Source: Lama guanicoe (Eukaryota). From it: 64,000 bases of DNA. The notes beneath the pieces were generated by a model that had not been told where the DNA came from, made no database searches, and worked only from the letters and a program-made list of their open reading frames with translations. Numbering within the stretch: position 1 is the first letter of the stretch; every line of letters starts with the position of its first letter. The DNA is taken from contig MU053810.1 in NCBI GenBank assembly GCA_013239625.1, forward strand, positions 1,499,518 to 1,563,517, given 5' to 3'. Positions 26,678 to 38,880 of this stretch are shown in pieces. A program made the translations under genes and the position numbers.

Positions 26678-27740
26678 TCAATGTAAAGCTCAGTTACTAA
26701 AAATGCCATTAAAGAGGGACACCTGCTGGAAATCAGGCAAGATCCTATGTCACCTGGGTATGTGGAACAAGCGTTCTGGTTTTGATGGTGCCAACCAGCA
26801 TTCTTTGGAGGCTGTCTCCAGAGGAATTTCAGCTCTTATGAATGTTAATTAAATATTAATAAAATTTGGACTAATTTGATATAAATCTTTAATTTTTTTT
26901 TTTAGTTTAGCCCATGGTTTGATCTTTCATTCTGCATAAATTAATTGAAAAAATAGCTTCCACCTCTGGGAAACGTTTCTGTGATAATATAATAGAACCC
27001 AAATTTTGACTCATTGCTTTTGTTGGAAAGATGGTTCGGTGTTAGTGTTTGTTTTTCTTCTATCTTAGGCCTTATTTGTAAAATGCTTAAGAACCATTTG
27101 AAATTTTTGGAAAGTGGTACACTCCCTTTTTTTTGGTATGTTATGTCCTTAAATTTATATGGCGACAAGCTCTGTTGACTCTTTTCATTGCCGGTTACTT
27201 TTATTTCTCTCAATGCCTATGACACTCCTGTTCTTTTTTGTGCACTTAGGGTCAGGCATTAACTCATTCAAGCCACTTGGGCTCCTCCAAATATACTGGT
27301 GTTCATTAAATGATGCATTAATTGTTTTCAAACCACTAGGGGCTCATTTAATAATTTGCTGGAGCTTGCAATTAAATGGTGTCCCAGTGCCCTCAAAATA
27401 TATCCTCATTTAATGACTCAGGCATTCTTGAAAAGGGAATTTATTAAGTGACCACCACTGTGCTAGAGTTATAAAGTGAACTAAGTCGCTCTTTTCTGGG
27501 TTGCTTTCTTCTCCTTTATCTGTGGCCTTCCCAAATGTTTTGCTGAGGCACCAACTACAAGTACGTATTAATGTCACCGAAAGCTTATAATTTTGCAATT
27601 TCAAGACCTAATACATTTCTCAGGCTTAATTTGAGGCATCTGCAGGCCAGAAAATCATAGACCAAGACGGATCTCATACCTTGTGCTCTGAGGCGGGCTC
27701 TGGAGTAGTGTTGGCAGGTAACTGATACAATGAAAAGGAA

Positions 27741-27910
27741 TGCTGTGCATAAGCACGGGCCGACGTCTTTGTTTCAGTGTCTCAGTGAATTCTCACAAAA
27801 ACTACTGTTGTGGGTTTTTATCTTCACCTGAAGTTTACAGATGAAGCAACTGAAGTTTCCACTAGTCCCAGGCAGCGCAAGAGGAAGAGCGGGGATCTTA
27901 ACAGCCAGCA
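27741..27910 (-). mobile_element. MIR SINE (degenerate)
   Basis: 'aattctcacaaaaact...tttacagatgaagcaactgaag' is the reverse MIR core. Confidence 0.65.
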
Positions 27911-29504
27911 GCTGTTTCATCTCCGCATTTCATTCATTCCCGAGTGCATTCATTCATTCCTCTGACAATGATTAATGCTCACTCTGACAAATTTGACGGC
28001 TTAATGAGAGTGAGGGGCAGGGAATCTGTTATTCCAAATTTTGGGGGCGCTCTGAGCTTCATCTAATTCTTTTAAACTTTATAGTCATGATGGAGAACAG
28101 TTTTTAAAATCAAGGCCGCTGAGTTCCACTTTTTAAACTCAATTATGCAGAAGTAAAAGGCATAGGTTTATGTAACACTGTTGAATGTTGTTCTGCCTGT
28201 GAAACATAGATGTATATATAACATTTATGCTGATAATCTCCAACGTAGGCTCCGTGTGAAAGACATCCAATTCCTGGAAAGATTCTGCTTTGGGCAAGTC
28301 AGTTTTCCCCGCTCCTTGCCCCTTTACTTTGGGACCCCTTTCCTTCTGACTTCCCAGGTATTTCTCTGGCAACTGGAGGTGCAACCTTTGCCCTTGCTTC
28401 TTCCTCACTCATCTCCCTCGCATTCTCCCGTCTGTGCCATTCTCTACACCTTCAGTTGTTTCTTTCTTAAATGTTTCTCTGTCTTCAAGCCACCAGAAAA
28501 TATAACTTGACAGCTAACGCACTTAGAATATAACGCAATATGCCCTCTTCTCCTTTTTAAAAAATATTGTGTAGTTAGTATTTCTCTTTCCTGTGTGGTA
28601 ATACAAAAATGTGGTATTATAGTGGTTCATGTGTCCCTCTATGTGGAGAAAAGCACATTATTTCTTGGCTTTCAATTTTTCTTGTCCCGACTTCAGGTGT
28701 CATCATACCTGGTTTTTTACTTCCCGTCATCCCCTTTTTCTCTTTTCTCCCACTTCCCTTCCACAGTCTTCTGTAATTGCCATTCACATCTGTTAAATTG
28801 CCTTAAAGGCTTTTGAACGGCGCAGCCACAGACTGTAACGTGGGAAATAGTGTTTTCTGAGCTCCGCTCCCTGCTCCTCAAGTGCCTTCTGCAGCCTTTG
28901 TCAAATGAAAGCCACAGGGTCCCCAACTCTGCCTCCTGTGTAAAAGCTCCCTGCCTCTTTCTCTACATAGAAATTAGGCCTAATTTTAGACTTGCTGCCT
29001 TTGGGAGGTTGGTTACCTCTGGAGTGATTTTAAAGCGAGGTATGATTAAGGAAATCTCTCTTTTGCTTTTAGACTAATTCCATTTAGCTGTTATAACTTA
29101 TTTTTGAAGTAAAACTCAAGTCCAATAACCCAAAGAATTGGTTTTTACCTTCAAAATCTGAACAGGATAAACACCAAATGATATTACATGGGAAATTGCA
29201 TCTTTGACTTAAGAAAAAAACTGGATTTTCATTTTCATAGGATACATTAAGAGACCCTTATTAGAACAAATGGTAGCAAAGCTTCATTCTCAGCCACATT
29301 GTTCTCTGTAATGAATTTGCTCATTTATGGGGAAAAAAAGAACTCATGCAAAGAGACACTTCCTTGTGTTAGAGAAAAGGAAGGAATTTTAGAAATACAG
29401 AATGTTAATACAGTACAAAGGAGTTTCAGGCTACATTAATACTTATTATGTAAGAATCGCATGCACTTAGTACTTAGTAGGCACCTGATAAATATTTATT
29501 TAAT

Positions 29505-29771
29505 AGCAGTAACAGCTAATACTTAAATATTTCTTTTATGTGCCAGCCACTGTCCAAGCATTCTTAGTTAATCCTCACAACCACTTAAAGAAGTATGTGC
29601 GATTACTGTTCCTGAGTTAGCTCTGGGCTATACTATTGTTCCTCAGTATAGCTTTGGGGTATATTGAGTTAAATGATTTAAACTTGTTCAAGGTCTCTCA
29701 GCCGGTAAGAAGCTGAGCTGGGATTCAGACCCACACAGTCTGCTTTCTGGATCTTGCTCCTGCTCCCACTG
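29505..29771 (-). mobile_element. MIR SINE with an internal ~30-bp duplication
   Basis: 'tatgtgccagccactgtccaagc...taatcctcacaaccac...aacttgttcaaggtctctcagccggtaaga...ctgggattcagaccca'. Confidence 0.8.
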
Positions 29772-29853
29772 TGTCTGTCCACTGCCATCCAGTGCAGATA
29801 AAGACAAGGCTTGCTCGTGACATTGTATACCATGAGTGCTTGTTGAAATAATT

Positions 29854-29927
29854 CTACTCATGAAAATTTCAGATGTAAACTTACAACTGTAACTACTCAT
29901 GTAAATTTCAGACATAAACTTACAACT
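29854..29927. repeat. Tandem duplication, 35-bp unit, period 39
   Basis: ctactcatgaaaatttcagatgtaaacttacaact versus ctactcatgtaaatttcagacataaacttacaact (32/35 identical). Confidence 0.92.
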
Positions 29928-31830
29928 ATCCAAATTGCTGGCTACTATGTACGTAGTCAGTCATGTACAGGAACATCGATTGCTAAGATTTCATAATTCA
30001 GGCTATTCCTGTTACTTCATCTTTGGCCTTAAAAGCTCAGTCCTTTGGTAGGAATTTTATTTAACGGAAAAGATGGCTTCTACAAATGAAGACTGACTTC
30101 TTATGCTGTGAAGTTCGCTCCGCTCTCTCCCGCAGACCGCCTCCACTTTGGATGGTCGCTTCATGCGGCAATAAGTCTTGCTCTTCTCTGGAGTGCCGAC
30201 CCAGTAGCAAGTCTCAGTATGGATTTGTTCATCTTTAAATAAAACCGTTGGCCCACAGAACAAACCAAGACCCGAGCCAGACAGCAGGAGACTTTCTTCC
30301 TGCCGATTGCATTAGCGGCAATGCCCTTTGCCACTGTGATGAGTCACCGCTGTCATCACAAGGAGTAGTTTCATCCAAGGCAGGTCAATTCTACAGATGG
30401 TGAGAGATCTAGGTTCATTTTAACTCACATCCTCAGGGCTCGGCTCCAGCTTTCATCAATGAAAGATAATATCTTTTTTCAGTGGGGCTGACATGCATAA
30501 TCATATTTCACTAACCAGTGTATGCAGGCTCCCAGGGGACTCCTAGGTGTGGGGAATTGATTAGATGCAGGACCTACAAAGGTTATGGCTGTGATAAGCA
30601 CATGTTTTGCTGGGAATTTGGTGTGTTTGTAATGAAAATTGCACACGTATCTATATAACAACATATTGTTATGTGGAATCCTAAGTCCCACTGCCTACTT
30701 CCGGGGCTGAATATTCATCCGGGATGTCTAACATTTGTCATGTTTGTTGCAGGAAGCATTAAATAACATTGTGCGGGAAAAATGCTGTATCCTATTATTG
30801 CACCAGTTGAGGGCTTAAAATAAAATGATCTGTGGGCTACTTAATTTTTACATAATGACTACTTCTACATGCATTTTTATAATGCTCATCCTCAAAGTCC
30901 TAAATGCCTTTAGAAAGTCATGTAAAATAAATAATTTAGGGAAGTATTCCTTTATTCAGGAATGGCCATAAACTCCATCTGAAGATTCTAAAGCTTGTTT
31001 TAAACCTGGTGGATGTTCTGTGCAAAAAAACGTGTCTATGGCCAGCATAAAAATTGCTTCCTTTACAAGGAAGCACTCCTTCTGAAATAAGAGCAGTGCT
31101 TTAGAAGTGTATATAACAAACAGTTAAAATAACCTTTGAGACAAAACCCATGTAAGTGAAATTTTGTAGTTAATAAAACAATCCTCCAAGGTCTTTTTTA
31201 CCAACCCATCAGCACGTCACAAAGCAGATAGCAGCTGGGCTCTGATCAGCAGTTACACGGCCCTTCTCAGAAGTGTTTTCTTTCTTGAAGCCTCACAAGT
31301 GAACTCTGAAGAAGAAACCTGAACATTCATGAATAGGATTCAGTTGATGCCTTGAATGGTCGAGGAGTCAACCATGCTAACAGTGAATACACTCCAGTGC
31401 TTGCGGTTGGACCCAATGGGGTTCCATTCCTGAAAGGGGGATAAAGTCAGAAAAGCACCCTGGCCCTGAGATCCCAGAGGGTTGTCAAAACTCAGTCTTT
31501 AGAAGGAAAAACTGGCCTGGATAAAGCTCCAGAGGCTGGAGGTGCAGCAGGAGCCAGGACTTTATCTTCTGGAGGAAAATAAAGGTACAGCTTAATAAGA
31601 AACCAAATTTCTGAGGTGTCCCTGCGGTTGAAGATCCCAGGAATCCCTGGGAAACCAAAGGACTGGTGCTTTCTCTTTTCTATCACAATCCTAAGGAGTT
31701 AGTTTAGATATGATAATCATTGCCTTTTGTTCCTGTCAAGCGTATGTGACCACTTTTCTTGCTCACTTAAGAGTTTTACTGCTCTATCTGCAACTATTGA
31801 AACGGGTCTTAATTTACAATCTTGCAAGAG

Positions 31831-32000
31831 CAACTGGTAGAAAATTAATAGCAACAACAAAAACTAACTTTAATTAACAACAGCAACCCAAACTAACTTT
31901 AGATTAGTCTGGCACGAACAACCAGTAGAAAATTAACAGCAGCAACAGACGTTAAATGTTAACAGCAACAAGAGAAACTGACTTAATTTAGGGATTAGTA
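31831..32000. repeat. Degenerate A-rich tandem repeat (~88-bp period with ~27-bp subunits)
   Basis: 'caactggtagaaaattaatagcaacaaca' recurs as 'caaccagtagaaaattaacagcagcaaca'. 'aaactaacttta' occurs twice, and both halves end in 'gattagt'. Confidence 0.8.
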
Positions 32001-34085
32001 CGTACAGTTCGCAAACCTCCATCCCTTCTCTTTGCCTCCATGTTCCGGACTCTTTCCGGGAACAGCGGAGGACGAGGAAGTTTCTCTATCAGTCTAGGCA
32101 GAGGACTATTCCACAGTCAGATCACTGCAATTATTAAACCCCAGGTATTTGCTCTTTGCCATTTGACCTAGAACAGTTCCTTGCACACAGCAGGTATTCA
32201 TTACATACGTTAAATTAAAGCATGAGTAGTTGAGACAAATAAGTATGTACTTAGCACCTGCAGTGTAGCCACTGTGCTGGGTTCTGTGTACAAGATTCTT
32301 GCCCTCAGGAATTTTACCCTCTTTCCTGACTTAGCGTCTTGTCTGTGTCACAAAACAGACAGGAGCAGAAAAAATACTCAAAAGGATGACTCATTAACCA
32401 CAAGCAGAATTCACTTAGACTTTGCAAGGAGGAAGCAAACTCGGATTAGTCTCTTGCTGTCTCCTCCTACTGTCCTTCCCTCTTGCATTTGCTTTTCTTT
32501 TCCATCCCAGAGAATCATCCCTACTCTCCTCCAGGACCTCTCAGACCAGTTGTTTCTCTGAAGTGTGCTCTTAAAGTTGTTTCTCCTATTTCTTGCGCTA
32601 TGCATGTGGGAGATTTGCACACTTCAATGGTACATTAAACACTTAAAGGGTAAGAATAAGTAAGCATGATGTCCAATTTCCTTTCCAGCCAGATACTTTA
32701 TATAGAGCAAACAACCTGTTTGCCCTCCATCTGCTGCTTGAGCTGGTCATGTTCTGGTAGTTAAACATTCCAGCCTTTAAAGTACCAACTGCTGCTTAAT
32801 TAAAACATCATTTCTACAAAAGTAATGCAGGGTTTTTTGATTGTACCTATTATATGAGAATAAATACTCCTGAACCATATCAAGTAGCCTCAAAAAGAAC
32901 CTTGTAAGGTCAGGTCACCACAATCCAAGTATAGAAACAAGCAATATTTTGCTAGTAGTTATAGATAGATAACTGTATTTGGTTGGAAAGAATCACTAAA
33001 CTTTTATTATTGGGGAAAGAAGTCAGATTTAAAAAATCTGCCAAAATTAAACGTCACAAAGTTGCCAAATGGGAGAAGACGGTAGGATCCTGAGTTAGTA
33101 CTGTGTAAGAACACACTGTTTGTTAAGTATTTTAGATTTCTTTACAACTGCACTCATGATTATAAAATAGTTTAATAAAATTACTATATTGTGATTAAAA
33201 TCTCTGGCTCACCTGTCTTGATTTTTATTTTAACTTCAAATATTTCTATTTCTTGGGCCAAGAACTTCTAATTATTTGACTTTTTCTCATATTCTCTTAG
33301 ATGGTTAGAGCATGATTTTACTCAAAGTCTCTTAGACACATCACGATGGGAAAAAAATAGACATAAAAATAGGAAATACATCACACTTTCTGGGGATTTC
33401 AACTTGGCCACAATGAAATTGTTTTTCTCCGCCCCACTGATTGTTTCCAAAGGCATATAGAAAATGTGATTTCATTTGCTTATTTAACTTAAAGATCTAT
33501 ATCATCTAATCAAGGGCTTGAAAAGCAGTGAGGTTGAAGTACAAACAGATCCAAATGAGGATCAGAGAAAATCTGGAGAACAAAACATGCAGTTAGGACT
33601 AAGAGGTGTATGGGAAGGGGTATTTTGGAATGATAGTATGTGACCCACATATTTCTCAGCTACCATTTAGTTGAGATTTTGGTTCTGACCTTCCTGATGA
33701 CTAAAGCCAAAAGGAAAACAAGCAGTCACATGATTCACAATTGTCTCCTAGGAAAATGCATGCCATTTCTTTAAAAGAGACAAAAACTTTTCTTGGGTAA
33801 GGGGAATAAAAGTGTGCCATGTCTTCAGGTAAAATCCATGACACCATTCCTTTGGTTTTAGCAATAATGGGCACCTCAGGGCTTTCTCTGTTAAGAGTGT
33901 TCCAGTGTAAGGCAGGCACATATGCCAGTAGGAAAACGATTTTAAAAATGAAGTAAGAATCCTAGATATGAGGTAACATCTTTGAAATCGATAGATTAAC
34001 TCTTGGGAAATCAGAACCTCTCGTCTCCATCCCAGCAAATGTAATGTGGGGCAGTCCCATCCTACTGTCAGGAAAATTAGCCAGT

Positions 34086-34897
34086 CTTTTATTTTTCTTT
34101 CCTTCATCCTTTATTGAGGTAAAATTGATGTATATTATTATTATAAAATATCTACCACCACAGCATCAGTGAACATCTCCATCAAATCACATAACTATCA
34201 TTTCTTTTTTTGTGGTGAGAATATTTAAGATCTACTCTCTTCATAACTTTCAAGTATGTAATGCAGATTTATTAACTATTGTCACCATGCTGTACATTAG
34301 ATCTGTATAACTTATTTGTCTTATAATTGGAAGTTTATATCCCTTGAACCAATAACTTCCCATTTCACCCACCCTCAGCTCTTAGTAACCATCATTCTGC
34401 TCTGTATCTGAGTTTGGCTTTTTTAGATTTCACATGTAAGTAATATACAGTATTTGTCTTTCCCTGTCTGACTTACTTCACTTAGTGTATTGCCCTTCAG
34501 GTCCATTCATGTTGTTGCAAACAGTAGGATTTTTTTTCCTTTTTTTCTCATGGCTAAATAGCATTCCATTATATATGTAATCACATCTTTTTCCATTCAT
34601 TTATTGATGGACACTTAGGTTGTTTCCATGTCTTGGCTATTGTGAATAATGCTGCAATGAACATAGGAGTGCACATGTCTCTTCAATATTCTGTTCTCAT
34701 TTCCTTTATGTTTGTACTCAGAAATGGAATAGCTGGTAGTTCTATTTTTGATTTTTTGAGGAACCTTCATACTGTTTTCCGCAGTGGCCGCACCAATGTA
34801 CATTCATTCCCATGAGAAATGCACAGGGTTCCCGTTTCTCCACATCGTCACCAATCCTCGGTTTCTCTTGCCTTTTTGACCATAGCCATTTTAACAG
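34086..34897 (-). mobile_element. L1MA9-like LINE-1 3' portion (ORF2 C-terminus plus 3' UTR, decayed)
   Basis: 'tttgtggtgagaatatttaagatctactctc', 'ttgtcaccatgctgtacattagatc' and 'gttgtttccatgtcttggctattgtgaataatgctgcaatgaacataggagtgc'. ORF 34615-34803(-) is an off-frame L1 ORF2 remnant. Confidence 0.92.
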
Positions 34898-34954
34898 CTA
34901 TGGAGCAAAATAAAGCAGGGAAAAAGGGACCGAAGTGTGTGTGTGTGTTTTAAG

Positions 34955-35427
34955 TGTAGGTCTTATTACTCAGATATAGTGAGGCCAACAGACGAGAAGA
35001 CAATTATCATTGAAAAGACAGTTTGTTATATTATCGAACAAGGACAAAGGGGAAACGTGAGCAAGAGCATTTACTGTGGTTTCCAGGGGAAGGAATGGGT
35101 AAGGCAGGGTGACAGGCTTAGAATTGGCTGACTTGAAACCTCTTCCCAGGAAATAGGGTACAGGGGCTCTCCCTGGTTATCTGGTATGTGGCCCTGGGAT
35201 GATTAAGGAAAGTGGTTAGGGGCCCTGAGTGTGAGAGCCCTATAGAGGAAATGGTGAAGGGTATGAGCTCTGAACAGGCTGGTTTGTGTATGGAAGATAT
35301 GCTCACAGGCCAGTGGTTTACCACCCCTAGGAATGGGCTAGCCCTGAGAGGGGACATCTTCCAGAGTCAGCAAGGCTTCACATGTCAAAGCATTGAAAAT
35401 GAAGAAAATAAAAGAGATGCTAGCACA
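34955..35427 (-). mobile_element. MER74A-like ERVL solo LTR (internal deletion)
   Basis: TG...CA ends. 'tgtaggtcttattactcagatatagtgaggccaacaga...ttgaaaagacagtttgtta' and 'ctaggaatgggctagccctgagagg...gtcagcaaggc...atgtcaaagcat' match reverse MER74. Confidence 0.85.
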
Positions 35428-35439
35428 GCATGTATGTGA

Positions 35440-36005
35440 GTATTGCTGCTCTTTTTATTTAAAAGGGTGGTCGGAGAAGGTTTCACTAATGAAATGACAT
35501 TTGAGCCAAGACTAGAAGGAAATTAGAGAATGAGCCATGTAGATATCTGGGCTCCAGGCAGACAGAACAGTATCTGCAAATGTCCTGAGACAGAGGCATG
35601 CTTGATGTTTTAAGGGAACAACAGAGAGACCTGTGTGTCTGAAGCAGAATCAGTGAATAGAAAAGTCAGAGATGAGATCAGAGATCCAGGGCCAAGGGGG
35701 AAATCACATAGGCCTGCCGGGCGCTGTAAGGACTTTGGCTCTTTCTCTGGGTGGAATGGGACCACTGGAGTGAGCATTGAAGCGACCTGATCTGGTTTAC
35801 ACTTTAGCAGGATCATTCTGGCTGCTGTGCTGAGAATTAACTATAGTGGGGACAGGTGGCAGCAGCAGGGCTGAGCTAAGAGGCTGTTGCAACAGTCCAG
35901 GCATGAGATATGGTGGCTTGGGCCCAACTGGTGCCATTGAAGTTTGTGAAGATTGGTCAGATTCTGGGTCTGTTTCGAAGGTAGAGCCAACATGATTTTC
36001 TGAAG
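35440..36005 (-). mobile_element. L2a fragment (continues at 34897-34950 on the other side of the LTR)
   Basis: 'gggtggtcggagaaggtttcactaatgaaatgacatttgagc', 'gtaaggactttggct', 'aggatcattctggctgctgtgctgagaat' and 'gaaggtagagccaaca'. Confidence 0.88.
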
Positions 36006-36976
36006 ATGAGATGAAATGGCAGAAGTCAGAGCCAGATTACAAACAGGCTGCTCTTAGCCTATTTGCACCTTTGTATGAGTAAGAAAAAGATACTCTCTCT
36101 TGGCCCTGGTTATCATAGTTTGATGGCAAATGTATGAATTGGATTTCAGTCCGTCACTTGGAGCTTCTTAGCCAAGTAGATTTGGCAGCACACAAAGTGC
36201 ACAGCCATGTGTGGAAGCATGCCTGTCACCTATTAGAGGATTCAATTATTTTCTTTCCTTTCCCTCTCCCCCTCTCCTTAAGGAAACATTCATTCAACTC
36301 ATGAATAATTGAAGTTGGTCAGCTTCAAAGAGATGGTAACATAACCACTAGAAAACATCTACCGTAGCATGTTAACCTTCTTTCCCATGGAAATATGTTT
36401 ATTAAATTTTCCTTTGATTTTCAAGAACTAGAATTTTATTGTCATGGGAGCCGGAAATCTAAAGTTTTGATCCTAAATAGTGGTAACTCCACATTATTGT
36501 TTCCTTTAAGGATCTAGCTGTTTCTAGTTCCAATGAGTACTTGAAAAAAGTTTCATCCGTTGTGTCCTATTACCCAGAAGCCATCTTTAACCATTCCGTT
36601 ATTTTCTTCAAGACGTCTGCATCCTTGTTTACGATGTTCTCACTACCTCCCCATCTCCACGGTACACTGGGGAATCAACAGGGTAGTACTGGGATGTGGC
36701 GAGAGATGCTCTTCTGGGAATAAAATTATGAAAAGACAACCTGAAAATAGATGGGGTCGGTGATCTGTAAAACAAAACAAAACAACAACTAAATAACCAT
36801 ACCTAGGAAATAACTTATAAATAAAATTAGTGAGGTCATGGAATGCTAAAAAACAACCACTAGAATATAGATACATACCTAACTATATTAGCTTTCCAGA
36901 AACATGGCTGAGGCAGAGATTTTGACCATTTTTGAATAGAAAGTGTTTCATTGGAAAATGGGTAATCAATTAACCC

Positions 36977-37805
36977 CAATGCTCTTCAAATTTTTTTCTT
37001 ATATATTCCTTAAAAGAATTTGGAAACCTCCTTTGTCACCTACCTCCTCTGTCACTTTAAAGTTGACACCTAAAATATTTCATCATAAGTTTCAATTGCT
37101 ACTGTTGCAAAAGAAGTAATTTCTAGCTGTAAAAGTGTGACATTGCTCTTTAAAATGAATCCAAATTGGAAAAATTAATTATCTGTAATACACCACTGTT
37201 CATTAAAAAGAAGAGTAAGATCTTAAAAGTCAGAATTTTATGTGATTCTTTTGATCCTAAAATCATATTTCTATTATGATTCCCCCATGGAAGTTTTCCC
37301 AACATAATGTGTTCTGTGCTTGAAAGTCTTTTATTGATCTATTTGTTTTAATTTTTGCAATAATAATACATACATTAATTGAAATATAACATTTAAAAAA
37401 GTTTTCTGTGACCATAGTCCTCAATGTATTGAATTATTTCTCTGTATTGAATTATCATTATAATTTTAGAGTTATCTGATTGATCAAAACATCTCAAGTG
37501 TATGCTACATTGTGATGAACAGTTATTTAACACAAAAAGCAAAAATATTATTGAAAATGCATCCCTAAAAGAGATGAATGGGGGTGGGTGTTGGGGGCCT
37601 TGATTACAGAAGCTCTTATAACAGCTATTTGGAAATGTCCTTTGCTTGTTGCTTAGGAAGTTTTATTACTTCTAAGAAGTGCATCATAGTAAGATTCTGA
37701 TGAGTAAAAGGAATCAGTTATAAGTCATAATAAACATGAAAGTTTAGGATCAAAATTGCAAGCATCTGTGTTCTCTCTACGCATAACCCAATTTGAAGAA
37801 TGCTG
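36977..37805. mobile_element. Old hAT-Charlie-like DNA transposon remnant (subfamily uncertain)
   Basis: Imperfect terminal inverted repeats 'caatgctcttcaaatt' and 'aatttgaagaatgctg'. The AT-rich interior 'aagttgacacctaaaatatttcatcataagttt' is recalled from Charlie-type consensus sequences. No clear TSD. Confidence 0.55.
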
Positions 37806-38699
37806 ATACAGAACAACTACGAGTTAGCTGGTGATATGTCTTCCATATATCATCTCACTTATTCCTCACCAAAGTCTTTAAGACTACATCAGGATATCGG
37901 CCATAGTTCCCCCCACGTTTCCAGGGAAGGGGATGCTCAAGAGACAGGACGCTGAACGCTCTATCTCTGCCATGCGGAAGATAGCCTAACCCTTCTTTGT
38001 TGAGCATTGTTAAATTAAGATCATCTAATTTCTCTTCCTTTTGATCACTAAGCAACTTTTTAATTATAATTTTACCACCGTATAAAGTTCCCATCACGGA
38101 AAGAATACGCTAGCAAAGAGATCATTACAACTGTTTCCTATAGTGTGTGTAATGTGTGTAATGTGTGTACTGGCATTCTGGTTTGTATGCCAGCCTCTTA
38201 AGAATTTGCATAGTGTGGGTTACTGCACAGTAACCCATTTTCTGTGGATAAGAACTGAAGCTTTGGACCGATGGATAAGGTGACTGGCCTCAACCAGGCT
38301 GAGAGTCCCTGGACCAAAATCTCAGAGATGTTGGTAGCTACTGTGTGGAGGAATCTTACACAGACACACAAACACACATGAAGTCATGAAGCTAATCTCA
38401 TTTCTTTGTTTAGATTCATTTTTATCTAGCCTAAACTTGTCTTTGCTTCTGGTTCATAGAAAGAAAAAATAGAGTGAGTCTCGGAGTCCTACCACCTCAG
38501 CATCATAGAATCCAGACTCAAGTTAACAAGAAGAAAGAGATTCATAAAGCTTGTAGACGCCAGCATATATTTTACCAAAGTCACAAATCAAACGTGACAA
38601 CTGTTTGGCAAGAGATTAGAGGAATGACCAGATGGCCGTGGTGGAAGAGAATATGACCAACAAATTGATTTGCTCTGATTTATGTGCTCTCAGTTGTTT

Positions 38700-38880
38700 G
38701 AATATTCATTCATTCTTTCATTAATTTATGTATTCAGTTACTAATTTATTAATAAACACTTATGGGGTCAAGCAATATTCAACATACCAGAGATATCAAG
38801 AATAAATCATGATCCCTTCTTTGGGAAGCTTGCTCTCTAATGTCTAGAGAGAAGAGACAGGTATAAGTCATGACAGCAAT
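38700..38880 (-). mobile_element. L2 3' end
   Basis: 'attcattcattctttcattaatttatgtattc...aatttattaataaacacttatgggg...gaagcttgctctctaa'. Confidence 0.6.

Noticed and set aside
29854..32000. Direct repeats superficially resembling CRISPR repeat-spacer units
   Set aside because: Only two copies each, no unique spacers of regular length, no cas genes, and the DNA is mammalian.
34615..34815. ORFs with familiar-looking peptides (HSYVHCSIIHNSQDMET; MAIVNNAAMNIG, also at 42771)
   Set aside because: These are off-frame or antisense translations of the L1 ORF2 3' region, not host genes.
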